DNA of 62,044 nt, counting the filler, from Bipalium vagum (taxonomy: Eukaryota): NCBI GenBank assembly GCA_037834085.1. It is 3 parts of 3 records of this genome, joined end to end, with 100 filler letters (N's around TTAATTAATTAA, not from the genome) between each part and the next. Parts side by side here need not be neighbours in the genome. Positions count along the whole stretch, not along the records: positions 1 to 24,086 come from JBBMKC010203158.1; 2 more parts are not named here. One strand, 5' to 3'. The position numbers and the translations under genes are program-made. Below, piece by piece: positions 1-13,109 of this stretch; the first letter of the stretch is position 1; each line of letters begins with the position of its first letter. A model generated the notes under the pieces. It was not told the origin of the DNA, did not search any database, and saw only the letters and a list, made by a program, of their open reading frames with translations.

Positions 1-2044
1 CCCTCTTCCAGACGCCAATTACTAAATCGGTCCCTCATTGCGGACCCGGATCCAATTTTAGTAATTATGATCCGTTTTAAAATGGTAAATATTTATTATA
101 TCGGTCCCTGCTTGCGGACCCGGATCCAATTTTGGTAATTGCGCTTTTCAATCACCAAGATTAGATCCTGAAAAATAATTACTATTTTTGTAAATGAACT
201 TTTAAATTAACTATTAATTATTATTATTATTTTTAATATTATTATTATTTTACCTCTGACCCTTTTGCGTCTTTAATTTAAATTTTAAAAAAGGTATAAG
301 GGATATGCCCTTGGTTAACCCAACAATATTAACTTAATGTTGCCAAAATATAATTTTCAAATAAATAAAAAAAATATAATTATTACTAATACATATTAAT
401 ACTATTTATTAATATTATTATTATTCATATATATATTTATCATTTATTTTTACTTATTATATTTATTATTATTTAATTATCACTTTATTTTTTAATGTTT
501 TATCAATCAAATTCGATTTTACATTTAATACATATATTATTTTTACAAAACGACATGACACATAACAATAAGAAACAAAAACAATAAAACACAAATGGAT
601 CACTAATATAAGTTTATAAGTTTTAAATAAATCAATTATTGATTGTCCGATGGGTTTGATTGATTTGAAATTGTTTGAGTCTGGGACGTTGCTCCTTGTG
701 GCTTTGAAGTTGATCGTAGTCTCCACATTATTATTATTAGTAATAGTATCCTTTTACTGTTCCATAACTTTCAATGATTTATTGGTTAGTGCTATGAATA
801 AACATAACAACGGTTAGAAACTATAAATACCGAGGTTGATTCTCTCCAATTATCTTGTTAAAATATATTATTGATCAGAAGTGGAAGAAAAAAATTGTTA
901 AGTTTGTATTTGTTAAAGCTCACTCTTTCTCCTTCCTTTCATTTTTTGTATTTCTTTTGAATTTTTTTTAATGATTAACTATAGAGAAATAACGATTTGG
1001 TTTTTTAAAATATTATTTATTTTAATTATTAAGGACTAATTTAAATTAATTAATTGGATTTTAAAAATATTAGTTTAAAAGTAACTACTGATTTTTAATG
1101 AGTAGCATGTTACCCCAAAATTACAATGAATTTATTTAATCATAATTTTAAAGAAAACTTTAGAAATGTTTTTTATTTTTATTAATATTTTTTTAAAAAA
1201 AAGAACACCATGATCACAGCTTGACTGTTCAATCATCAACGTTAAATACTATTACAAATTAATATAAAACCTAAGTTTAACTTTTTATATTAGGTAATCA
1301 GGAATATCCTGGCATAACAGTTTGATTGTTTGAGGGTTGATCTTGTTACTGTAATTAAATGGTAGCGTAGGTGACCTAAGATATGTGCCGACATATTTGT
1401 TATAACATAAATGTATTTTATTGCTATTAGTCATGTTATAGATTTCATTGCTAAGTTGGTAAGGTGCAGAATTTTTAAAGTGGGACTTACAAAGATTTGT
1501 AAGGGGTGATTGCATAGTGGCTTTCAAATGTAGTAAAGGCAACAAAGCTATAAAGATCACTATATTAGCATGCACAACCTAACCTCAACGAAAAATAAAA
1601 GTAATCGTTGTAAAATTTAATTATTTTATTACGATGTTTAATATAGTAGCTGTAAAAATCTATAACAAGGAAAAGGTGGAAAATGTAGGTACAATAAACT
1701 TAATTATCTTTTGAATTTAAAATTAAAGTTAAAAAAGCATTTTTCTGTGAGCGGTATACATGTACCTTGAAAGGAGATATTAAAAATCTGTACGAAGAAA
1801 AATAATGACCATTCGACAATTTAAGTCATTTTCCAAAGTTTCACTGATGGTAACCTGTCTACTGTATTGATAGTAAGAAATAACAGTTCGGTAAAAAGAT
1901 TTCATAAAATCATATTGAAAGCAGTCGGAAATTCAGAAATGTTTATATTTATCATTTTCTTCCTAAATATTATGTTGATGCACAATTATCCGCGTTTGGT
2001 TAGAAAATATTGTCTATCATTGACAATATTCGTTTATTATTGAG

Positions 2045-2210
2045 TATCATTGACAATATTCGTCTATTATTGAGTATTATTGCCACTGCGAGAAAGGATA
2101 GAAGGCAGTAAAATCATTTCGACAAAGTGTTTGGCAAAGGAACATTTAGCGAAAAACAATAGTGGTTTTCGCATTTCAAAGGTGATGATATCAACTTGGA
2201 GAACAACCCA
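2045..2210 (+). mobile_element. Mariner N-terminal relic
   Basis: EKG*KAVKSF..KVFGKGTFSEKQ*WFSHFKGDDINLENNP; preceded by a 30-bp tandem duplication (2015-2074). Confidence 0.6.
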
Positions 2211-3210
2211 GAATAATCATTAAAATCTGTATTTATTAAGCTGTCTTTCTTCTAAAATCCATTAGAAAACGGTCGATAATTATGCGTCAACCTCACACTT
2301 TTCATTATGTTTCGTCGTCTCTTAACTGATAGTGGCCATACCAACTTAAGACTCACTCTATATTCTAGTATTGCCATTTAATGCAAACATTTGAGCAAAA
2401 ACACTGTCACTGAAGAATTATTAAAAATTCTCCCCAGATATTTCAATGATGCTGGTATCCCCTCATTCCTTTAATATTTGGTGCCATGACGAATATTCCC
2501 GCAATTAGCAGTACTACCAGGTGGGAATAAAAACGGTTGGTTTTCGTAAGAAATGGACTTACCATTTCTCTATGGTGGATCACTGGTGTCCCGAGTTCAG
2601 GGGTCACTTATGGATATACACGTATATGTTGTATAGCATGCCATTTATAATATGAGGGATAATCCAATTAACAAAAATAAATATTGCTCGTTAAAGTGAT
2701 GAAATACACACGCCAATCAATGCTTACATTTAGTGATTATTTTTTGAGACCACTAGACCACTAAACATCAGAACACGGGCCGTACTTTGGACAGCACTGT
2801 ATTAGACAATACATAACCGATACCGTTTCTTTATTAATGGACACACTGTACTCCACCTCATTCTGTGTCAGAAACAAAAATAACTCATCACCATTAAGAT
2901 ATACTTCCGTGAACTTAGGAATCGGGAACAAACTTACCCGGACTACCTTTAGTTAAAAAATACAGGGTCCGACATGATTGTGAATTGTCCGAAATCAATT
3001 AGACAGACAGATAGAGAGAGAAAAAGAGAGAGAGACTGAAAAAGTTTATTTATTGAAATATTACAGAAATGATAATATCGAATCATGGGGCCTTTCTTTA
3101 ATCAAAATATATTTGCACCACTTTATAAAGCATATATCAGAAATATGAAAATAGAAAATAGGTTGCAATTTGTTCCAAGGTATTTACACAGAGGAAATAT
3201 CATTAAATCA

Positions 3211-3394
3211 CTAGAAGTGGTCCCTTGTCACAGCAAAGCGGAGACTGGCAGCGTCAGCCCCTTTCACAGGCACCATCGTCAGGCAGTAATGATACAGCAT
3301 ATGAGGAATACTTTGATATGGTTGACTGTATTCCCCGAGAACAAACCCCTTGTGATTTTTTGTAATCTTCATGTGAAGAAATAGTCCCTTATGT
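3211..3394 (-). CDS. SH2 adaptor terminal exon (C-terminal half of SH2)
   Basis: aattag| acceptor, phase 2, HKGLFLHMK...TRDHF*, TAG at 3211-3213; AATAAA on minus at 3045-3050. Confidence 0.9.
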
Positions 3395-3419
3395 CTAATT
3401 AAACATTAAAAAATTAATA

Positions 3420-3492
<73 letters not shown>

Positions 3493-5001
3493 AAACAGAA
3501 TATCATCAGATAATTGTGTACATATTTCGTTCGGAAAATAAATTCATTGAAAGTAAGAGAAGCAGAAACTTTTATTATATATTAAAATAATTTGATTATA
3601 TTTTCATTTAGAATCTTTTCGTAACGGGGAGAAAATAATAAACAGTGAAACAAATCTCATTAGCGTTGAAATTTACTCGTGGTAATAAAACTTTGTTTTT
3701 CAGCAACGCTCGGTTTTCTTTAAATTTTTCTTTTTCATTTTCCATTTTGCATTATTGACTGATGTCAAATAATCATTAAATATTAATTATAATATTAATC
3801 AATTAGTGAATGCACTGAAAAAATACGAGTTGAGAGAAAGGTACCGCGTTTCTACAGTTTAGAAACATGAAGTATTATAAATAAGGATTTAATNNNNNNN
3901 NNNNNNNNNNNNNNNNNNNNNNNNNNNNNNNNNNNNNNNNNNNNNNNNNNNNNNNNNNNNNNNNNNNNNNNNNNNNNNNNNNNNNNNNNNNNNNNNNNNN
4001 NNNNNNNNNNNNNNNNNNNNNNNNNNNNNNNNNNNNNNNTAAAAGTTCGAGAGAAAATGTTGATAATCTCAACTTTGCTGAAGATCGGTGGCAAAAGAAA
4101 ACAAATCTATCCGGAAATGGTAATCGGTCGTGGAAGTACCGTAATTGGATTTGTTGTGATAAAATCGCTAAGAAAATACCAAGCGAACAGCGCTGGCGAC
4201 ACTCGGGATCACTGATGATCGAGACGACTAAGAAAAGTGAATCAGAAAGTCAATATTATTGAACTTTATTGAATAAAGACCGAGCAGCGGATCATGTGGA
4301 CCAGCGACAGTTGGCAAGACGAGGTGGACCGAAGCAGAGTGATTAACGATTATTTTTACAAAAATAGCAAATTCATTTTCTGGGAATGGAGGTTGCCATT
4401 ATCCCGGCTGTGTGTGAACACACCAAACAGTATTGATCAATTATTAAAATTTCCACAAGGAAATTATTTCATACCTGCCAAAACCGTAATGAAATCGGAA
4501 AAGTTTCACTTCTTTCTCATCACTTACAATAAAACCCCAATTATACCCACGCAGACAATTCACAGATACCGTGGAAAAAGCCTCCCTTAATAACAACACC
4601 AGCGACGACAGCAGAGAGAACAATGGACCAATTTCCCAAACAAAAAAACCCATTGTTGTTGTGCTTTATTCTACATTTTCCAAACAAGATGCCATTAATA
4701 AATAGACTGTTTTCCCAGTGGAAGACCAATCAAAGCCGGGACTAAGCGAGGATAGCGGTTTTGAAATGAATTCTTCTCAACCTCCCACACTGCCCGAAGG
4801 TCATATCAGTCAAGGACGGATTCGGAGGAGAGCCGTTTCATAGACTACATTAACCTACCTTGCTGTTAGATATATGTGACGATGGTCAGCTCGGACAAAA
4901 ATGTCATGGAACTCAAGCACGAATTATTTTTACTTTAGAGAGAATATTACTGAATTTAAACCAATGAATGATTTTTAAAATTAAGATAATAACTGAGTGA
5001 C

Positions 5002-5076
<75 letters not shown>

Positions 5077-7688
5077 CAAATATGTTATTTAAAATATTTT
5101 CATTTTGATCATTATTTATATTTATTTCATTTTTAGCATTATTTATTTATTTATTTATCTCCAAAATGAGGGCGACATTCATTTGTCAAAAGAATTTGTT
5201 ATTATTATTATTATTGAATGATTTTAAAGACTTAACAAGATTATAAGGAAACGACAATTTATTAAAAAAATAAAAAATAAATCAATATTATCACAATTGA
5301 TTTAATAATTTTTGTTTATTTATTCAATTTATCAATATTATTGATGATATATTATTATTTTTCCAAAACAAATTTTCTTGAAAAACAATGTTCACAGTTG
5401 CTTTTCTTCTCGAAGAAACTCTCTCTGGGGTCCACCCACTTAACAATTTCTGAAAACCTTCTTTTACAGTCACCATTTCTCGACTGTTTTCGATCATGTC
5501 TTCATTTATTATTATTTGGTAAAATCAATCAAGACAAGCCGACAACACGTTAGCCAACTACTTCGTGACCCTTCCTCTTCAGTTGATATGATGGTTTAAC
5601 AAGAAAAGGTTCTCTCTGTCAGATAAACTTTGTGTAAGCGATAACCAAGCAAAGTGAGCACCACCAGTTCTCTCTTTTCAACAAGCATGTTTTGTGATTG
5701 TTATGATTTTCAACAAATCAACAGCCTGGTCTCCAAAGCGGATATTCCGGTTTGATAATTTGTTCAAGGATCCACCAATAGATTTAATGTTGTATAACTT
5801 TTATTTCGACTGCCAAAAATACATTTTAAAATCCCTTTTCCGACAATTTCCAAACTGTCCCAGTCCTTGGTGATGTTCTGAGCACTTGTTGGCAACTTAA
5901 GAATTCGCCATTCAGCGTTTGCCTGAAGCAAGTCCAATTTTCCCTTTTGTGTCAGATAAAAGTCCTTTTATAAGGAGATTTGTTAATCCTAAAGACATTC
6001 TCGATCTCTATCATCTTTACCCGTCATTCATCGACCTCTTCGCCCACCGACCACCTTTTATCACAATCACAGTCGATAATTCAAAGGTCCATGTACCCGA
6101 ATGATAAAACACCATCATGAACGACCGTCCAATGAAAAATTCAAGTAACTTTGTAATTTCCAACCAAACATTTTAGACTGTCAAGTTAGAAATGCGTTAC
6201 GCGTAACCTTCCAGTAACGTCTCGACTAGTTTTTCGAGGACCTATCTCAATGACTTCTTTTAAGTCACCATCATCTGCCGTCGCTCATGCTGATCATCTT
6301 TCAGATCAATATTTCCATGTCCAATTCGTTGAAACCATTTCCCGCATTGACTGTCACCAACAGCAATATCACCAAGCACATCGCACATCGTTCGGTATGA
6401 TTGTTTGGCAGTCTTTCTTCTTTTGAAATCATACCACACACATATGCAACTTTTGTGTCGCGGTTCGACATTCCTAAGCTCATTTTCCAACTAAAAACGA
6501 ATGAAATGAAAGGTGTAACATTAACACGATATCATAACACAGAGAGACGAGTAGACATATTAAAATGTAAAGTTACGGTTTTTGGTGCTTTTTTCAATAA
6601 TAAGTGTTATTCATTAAAACGCGCATTTCTCCCTTAACAACCGAATTTAATGCCAAAAGTGCTTGAATAGCGCAACACATATTTCATACCAACATCAATC
6701 AATAACTTGCAACCAATTTTTACATTCAATCTTCAATAAATGATGTTGTCCTCAGTGGACCTAAATATTTAGTGACATTGAACAAACAAACAGAATTTAT
6801 GCACCAACCAGCACTATGACATGTTTTGGAGATAAGTGAGGATTGGGGACCCTGAGCAAGAATAAAGCAAATAAAGCAAAACATAAAGCGCACTATGGAG
6901 ATCAATATTCATCAATGAACCTCGATAATGCGAGAGTGAACAGAATAGAGCGTTCTTTCAATGGATTTAAAGTTCAAAAGAATCTTTGAGGACATCGTCC
7001 ATGAAAGTCTAATATCATTTTACAGCAAATAAAATGAGAGGCCTTATCCGGAAACTCCATCGATTTTATTTTACAATTCAACAGTGTTGGCACTTTGAAC
7101 ACCGCGGAATATTTTAGCGGGACGAAAAGAATAGGACAATTGAAGAAGATCACAACCAGTGATGATTTAATGAAAGCGAAAGCTGTCGAAAAAGAGCAGA
7201 TGGAAGGTGAGGAGGACCGAGTGTTATTTAGAGGGGCTCTAAATCCCGTTGGGAAAGAGAGTTCCGACACTACCGGTATTTATTAAGTGAATCCAATTGA
7301 AAAAAGTGTTTCCACATTTTTGTTTAATGTATTCTTCAAAGAATCACGAAAGGAACACGAAAAACAGAATAATTTTTCCTTTCACTATCATATTATATTG
7401 AAATGAAACAAAAATATTTTGTTTTAAATGAATGTTTAATTTTTCAACCACCGGGGGGTCCAGGCTGAAGTTCATTCTCCACGTAGGTCGTCGTTAGGTG
7501 GGATGCAAAATGAAAAAATAGTTTCAGTAAACAAAACTGACAATATTACTTATAACATAAAAAGTCCATTGTCCCGTGAGAACGTGACAATTAGTCCCCA
7601 AAGCAGTCAAATTAAATAAATTTTTATATTTATCTTGAAAAAAAAATTTTTTTTTGATAAATTAAAAATAATAATATTTTATTACTAA

Positions 7689-7736
<48 letters not shown>

Positions 7737-10700
7737 TTAAACAGAACTTTATTAATTACAACGTATAAAAATTTTAATTTAATTACAATTTTATGTGATA
7801 TTAATGTTTTAAAATAATATTCGGTTGTGTCACGTGAAATGTGCGATGACTTCATCAGTTAACTTTTGCAAAGGTTTTACAATCCTTTATAATGAGGCCG
7901 CTCGAATGAATTATATTGACTTTTGAAATCCTCATATTAAAATATCGTATTTTGATATTTGTTTAAATAAATCAATAAATTATTGGAATGGCGCACAATC
8001 TGAAAAACAATAAAACTCGCACAATTTACTTATGTCGATCAAACGCGCAACCGTAGCAGAACTAGACTTAAATTTGAGTCAAGCCTTTCGAGATCTTCCA
8101 AAAATAATCGAAAAAATCTTTTTATTAAAGTCTAGCTTTATAATTTATTTTTTATAACCGAGGTAACGGTATTTGAAAAAGAGTTATAAAATGCAATAAA
8201 GGTTCTAAGGGTCGCATGGAACAAATAACGTCACAGAATTTCCAATGTAAAAGAATAAATCTTACTTTATTGTTAAAGAATATGCATTTTTGTTAGATTC
8301 ACTTCGTCGAACCAAAAAACTTCCGTCCGGGTGGCTTCCCAATAAGGTTTCAGCCTTTGACCGGGTAAGGTAAAAGTGATACCATCTACAATGAAGAATA
8401 AAAAGCGATAAGGACATAAAATCCATAAGAAAATGATTATATTTGATACTTGTCCCNNNNNNNNNNNNNNNNNNNNNNNNNNNNNNNNNNNNNNNNNNNN
8501 NNNNNNNNNNNNNNNNNNNNNNNNNNNNNNNNNNNNNNNNNNNNNNNNNNNNNNNNNNNNNNNNNNNNNNNNNNNNNNNNNNNNNNNNATCAGTGTAATA
8601 AATCTTTTAAATTCTGACACGGTCCACATATTCTTTTCAAAGCCTCACATTTTAATTCTTTATTCCTCGTGAGATTTCGGCAATCTTCAGTCGACCAAAT
8701 CTTTGGACAGTTTTTTTCTTTTTGCATTGAGGTATTAAACTTTTCAGACTTAAAGGGACAGCTGTTTACATCAGAGAATATTGATGTGCTTGTTCTAGAG
8801 GTTCTGGAAAAAGACCATTTCACATTGCCGTGATCAGTTCGATTTTAAAGTTAAACAAACATTTTAACACGTATTCCCTACCTACCTGAAAATTGAATAC
8901 GAGCTTAGTACTCGTATATATGCACGAGTTGTTTAAATAATGAACAATACGCCAAAGTACCCAATCAAATGTGTTGACTGATAAACCGCTTTAGTCCTAT
9001 AAAAATGTATTAATCTTTAGGGGACCCTTAACCATAGTAAAACAAAAAACTGGTTTCGATATCGGTTTACCAAAAATAAAATTAAAACTGTTACCGATGA
9101 CATATTTCGGTATATGTAACACGGATACCAGATAATTTTAACAAAAATATAAGGCCTGAGCACAACTTACGGCTGTTTTTCAAGGGGTATTTTGGAATTT
9201 ATGTTGATATGATAGCGCTTTATATTTTCCTTGGAAGGTTTGGCACCCTCCGAATTGGAATTTGCTGCTTTATTTCGATTGCTACTGTTTGCACTGGCTT
9301 TAATCTCCTCCTCAACCGATGAACCCTTCTGTAAGGAGGGTTTGTTATTGATAATTGATGGATCGATGAACCGTGTACCTGTAATATTACACAATCGTCA
9401 CATAGAAATGTCTCATTGAAAAATGTAACCTATACAAAATCTTATTAATTTCCATGCCTGAAGACAGCCCTTTTTTATTATTATTTTTAATTACTGTTAA
9501 GTGACATAAATCTAAAATCAATAATTTACTACTTAACTGGCACTTGATCATAATTGAAATTACTGATCAACTGATCTGCATCAAAGTGGTTTGATCCACT
9601 AAAAATAAACCAAAATTCGACGAACAGCGACAAATAATAATAATATTCATGGCACAATCAATATCCGAAACCGCGATCATTTCCATAATAATGATATTCA
9701 TCGATCAACAATGACGAGTAGAAGAATGCAAATTAGAAATAATGAAAAGAGAAAAGGACCACAAACCAGTCGACCGTTGAAAAGGTAAAAGGAAGGAGAA
9801 CAATTCCAATCTCACGACTATTGATCGTAAAATCAATATTTTTGAGAAAAATAATAAATTGATTGATCGGCCGTTTTGTGAAGTGCAAGAGCATTTCGAA
9901 CAGGGTTTATAAATAATTAAAACAGATATTGGACATTTCTTTTGTTGAAGATTACCCTCAATGAAACGATTTCGATGATATTAACATTAAATTCGATAAC
10001 ATAATCAATATTTAACGAAAATGAAATATTTGCACAATACTTTACTAATTAATCTTTAATAATGGTATAAAGTTTAACTCAATCAATTTAATTATATGCA
10101 CAAATTGATTTATATTCGATTAAATAAATATTATTGAGACAGGTTCGGTGACTGTAGAACTTCAGTAACGAAATAAAAGGGACCTCAACGGACAAATAAT
10201 AAATTTATTATTATTTATAAAATATAATCATTTAATGAAGGGTTATTTTCAATTTTAAGGGTCACTTTAAATTATAAGTCGTAAAGGTGTGATAACGCTA
10301 CTGACGTAACGTTGGCAACGATTACAGAGACTGTTCAACCATTCTGGGGTTGCTTAAGGAATACATTTTGACTTAAAACTGGTACTGTTTTCACTGGTAG
10401 AGATTTTTATCAGTGTTGGCGATTTCAAATTTTTCACCGTGTTTTCCGTTGACCTATAGAAAATCGCCATAAATAAATATTTGATTAAAAAATTTTTAAA
10501 GGACACTACCGAATCACGCTAGTTACATAGTGGGCGCCCAAAATCCCCAATTTCTCAGAAAATGAACCAATTTTGTCACAGTATTTGATTTTTCGAAATA
10601 TTAGATAATATCGTTGATTTATTCATCGATTATAATAAAAAACACGTGTGAGTATTGTGAGTAAAAATACGACATTCCATCTTTTTTGATATTCAGAGAT

Positions 10701-13048
10701 GACAAATGAGTGTAGGTTGGAACACATAATAATAATAATAAGTACACATTTTATGATCCAACTAAATGCCCGTTTGTCCCCCCGGCCAGAAATGACGGAT
10801 TCAGTTTTATTATTTCAACGATTTTTTAATCAATCAATTTTTACGATAATAATCGTTTTAATATGTCAAACTGAAGCGCCATTTCCCAAAGGTCAATTTA
10901 AAGTGTACACAATACCTTTCACATTTCCTACGACATGGTTGAACCAAATATTCGAATTTGCATTCCTTAAGAATTCCAGTTTCACCATAATGCATCAGAA
11001 CCAATTAGAAATAATTATTTCGCATCGGGTGATGGTTCTGCTTAAATGTTTAATTGAGAACTTATTTAAAGTTGTCGAAAATTTTAATAATTAAACTTTA
11101 ACATTGGGGTGGAGGGCAAAGGTTTTACAACAATTTCAAAAACACAAGACAAGGCAACGAAAAATAACAGTAACTAATCTTCAAAATGAAGTCCATAGTT
11201 GGCAACAGTTTGGTCCTCGCGAATTGCGAGTATCCTAATCAGTTTGGATTACCATTCCTGGAGTTTTGATTTTAAAAAATTTTTCCACATTTCTTCAACT
11301 TCTTCAAATGAACTTATTCTGTGTCTTCTTTGCTCTGTGAGGTTTCACTTTAAAATTCCTCTAAACAGAGAATCAACACTTTCTTACCGAATCGATCTTG
11401 TCTTGGGACTTAAGGAACAGGAACTTATTTCTTTTGTCAGTTGAGACTTATAAGGTAAATCAATTTCTTATCAAACGCGACAATGTGTTGCCAAAATTGC
11501 TGCTCTGCAAGACTTTGCAATTTTTGCAATTTCAGTGACCTCATGGGGATAGACATGGCGCTTCTTACGAACATAATCAAGTTTTGCAAGTGTCTCAAGA
11601 CCGTTTTGTGATCTAAACTAATTGTTAGCTCTTCGACGATGGCTCATTGCTCAACTCTGAAGGTTTTTCAAGTTGACGTCACCACAGTTTTAACGGTTAA
11701 CGAACGAGAAACAGTTATATGATTGATGGTTCCAACAACTTTAGCAGTTATATATCTCCTTTGAGGCTTCCTTGATAGATAACCCTCGATTACAGTAACA
11801 GAGAAGAGGGTTCGTTCATATTTTCTCAAATAAGTTATCTGTAACATGCAAAGAGCACATTGGAAAACTAAATACAATCAGCCATTACCACTTTATTACT
11901 TTGAATTATTGAGGATATTTAAAATATTGATTTCATTTATTCACATATTTATTGATCAATTAATGATTTAATAATAATTTTCAATGTTTTGAAAATATTT
12001 TTGCAACACTTTTGCCTCAACCTGCTGGTACCCCGACAATCAATAAGAAATAATGATAAAAAATAATCTGTGGAGATTTTGAAGGTGTATATAACCTTAT
12101 TTATATGTCGTCATGGAAACGCGTTTGAAAAACATTTTTTTCCTTTGAGAACAAACCAAAAAAATGTAAACCAAGATCAGATTAGAAAATAAACTGTGTA
12201 AAATCAGCGTTACCCAATCAAAATTAATTTAATTAAATAAAAATTCCATTAATTCGTCAATTATTTTCTTCCGGAAAATTTCCGTTCAACAAAATGCAGA
12301 ATCAATTTCAATCATTACTGAAAGAAAGGAAACTTATTAACCACATTTCTCGCTTTCCAATCAAACATTGAAGGAAATAAACAAATCTTCATACCAATCC
12401 CCAATCAATTGGATGAAATGTGATCTCCGTACATAATTTGATCCTTGCAATTTTGGTCTAAATGTCACGGTACCCGACTAATTAAAATTTAATTCCGTTG
12501 CGAACATTTTTCTGCGAACCAGTTTACATTTCCAATAAAACAAAATGGCACTTTTTATGTTTCTGTGGTTGCTTTCCGAAACTGTGTGTGTGTGTGTCAT
12601 GTCCGTATGGTGAACATGAAACCCTTTCCAAAAGCTTACACTGCTTCGTGTGATACCACCATCCATTAAAACAAAAAACAGTGAAAAAAAGTAAAGAACT
12701 TTTGTGATTTATTGACGAAAAAAAGTTTTTTTAATTAAAAAAATCGAATAATAAAAAAAATATTTCTGCTCAAACTCAAAATGAACTCCTTTCGTCTCAC
12801 AAGCTTGTCTATGGGAAATTTTCTGTTTTCCATTATGACCCTGGGAACTGTTATCAGCTCAAAGGGAGACTGATAAGGAATCAGAAACCGTTTGATATGC
12901 TCGAACAGAGCAAAAATGAAATATTAAATATTTATACTTTGCAGTTGATAAAGAATAACGAACCACATATTTCTCGGCAGCGTAACAGCAACTTTGATAA
13001 ATAAAGTGCTGGGAACTGCAACAGCCAATCTTATTCAATTGATATGAA

Positions 13049-13109
<61 letters not shown>

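Noticed and set aside
27-140. CRISPR array or twister ribozyme
   Set aside because: Only two repeats, eukaryotic context, no cas genes; twister core spacing and pseudoknots do not fit.
1285-1575. 96-aa ORF with hydrophobic N-terminus
   Set aside because: Starts at GTG, no recognisable homology or supported splice partner.
3085-3384. 99-aa plus-strand ORF
   Set aside because: Antisense shadow of the SH2 terminal exon.
3852-4094. ORFs containing X runs (also 8273-8672, 18299-18634, 23022-23270, 36467-36721)
   Set aside because: Open only because they cross N gaps.
4205-4245. Hammerhead at CTGATGA 4212
   Set aside because: Stem II is not followed directly by GAAA and stems I/III are absent.
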